Assembly: GCA_002189035.1 (NCBI GenBank)
Contig: NEEC01000466.1
Coordinates: 1-23,834, forward strand
Direction: 5' to 3'
Source of the DNA: Utricularia gibba
Lineage: Eukaryota; Plantae; Magnoliophyta
Length of the DNA stretch: 23,834 nucleotides
Shown in pieces: positions 23,201 to 23,834 of the stretch. Each line of letters opens with the position of its first letter. The stretch's first letter is position 1. Position numbers and translations under genes: made by a program. The notes beneath the pieces were generated by a model. It saw only the letters and a program-made list of their open reading frames with translations, was not told where the DNA came from and made no database searches.

Positions 23201-23834
23201 AATGCATCATTATTTTCGTCGACTCGCACCCGGTTGGGCTCATGAGCCGGACCGAACGCAGCGCCGGACCAAGTGCCCAGTGAGAGTGGCCGACACAAAA
23301 CGAGAAGTTGTTCCTTGAAAACCTTGTAGGAAGCCCTGAAAACCGAACGTTAATAAGTGCATCGCTTTAGTTGCCAGGCTACAACTAACTTTCGGCCCTA
23401 ACCAACCTGACCTTTGTCCGTTCTAGGTGCCCCCCAAGACCGCCTCCTCAAGTATAAAGTAAGTTGTTGAAAAATCATGTGGGGCACGTGACATCTTACT
23501 TTAAACAAATGCATCATTATTTTCGTCGACTCGCACCGGTTGGCTCATGAGCCGGACCGAACGCAGCGCCGGACCAAGTGCCCAGTGAGAGTGGCCGACA
23601 CAAAACGAGAAGTTGTTCTTGAAAACCTTGTAGGAAGCCCCTGAAAACCGAACGTTAATAAGGCATCGCTTTAGTTGCCAGGCTTAACTTTCGGCCCTAA
23701 CCAACCTGACCTTTGTCCCGTTCTAGGTGCCCCCCACCGCCTCCTCAAGTATAAAGTAAGTTGTTGAAAAAATCATGTGGGGTGCACGTGACATCTTACT
23801 TTAAACAAATGCATCATTATTTTCGTCGACTCGC

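Larger units (their letters stand above)
1..23834. repeat. Tandem array (satellite-like) of a 313/314-bp monomer, 78 full copies plus one partial copy, all head-to-tail
   Basis: The anchor (AAGTTGTT)GAAAAAATCATG recurs at 1, 313, 625, 937, 1249, 1556, 1870 ... 23160, 23469, 23766. Copy lengths by hand count are 237-314 bp (mean ~305, none above 314). There is no inverted copy and no non-repeat sequence, and the array runs off both window ends. Confidence 0.99.

Noticed and set aside
1-23765. Higher-order repeat made of several 313-bp monomers
   Set aside because: Recurrent variants (G loss, C5/C6) show no periodic spacing, and there are no diagnostic substitutions to define monomer classes.
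1-23834. Never-ending concatemeric ORF (as in DRT2/Neo rolling-circle cDNA)
   Set aside because: The 313/314-bp unit is not a multiple of 3, and stops occur in each copy (minus strand GTT TAA, AGT TAG, ACA TGA). The longest ORF in the track is 188 aa, and no reverse transcriptase is present.
1-23834. CRISPR array
   Set aside because: There are no unique spacers, the entire 313 bp repeats, and no cas genes are present.

Overview
The whole 23,834-bp window is one uninterrupted head-to-tail tandem array: 78 complete copies plus a 69-bp partial copy of a 313/314-bp, ~49% GC monomer, all in the same orientation, with no unique sequence. I find no credible genes, RNA genes, mobile elements or CRISPR array, and the ORF track only shows frameshift variants of the same repeat. 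It looks like eukaryotic satellite DNA (possibly plant and subtelomeric), although a rolling-circle concatemer of a small circle cannot be excluded from sequence alone. The main hidden structure is that each monomer is a diverged dimer of 154-bp and 159-bp nucleosome-sized sub-repeats, and one half carries a CpG/CCG deamination footprint relative to the other. Each monomer also has several dyad symmetries and one telomere-like C-rich/G4 motif. Copy-to-copy variation is almost all deletions, which points to long-read consensus error rather than real polymorphism. I do not see evidence for a new coding system.
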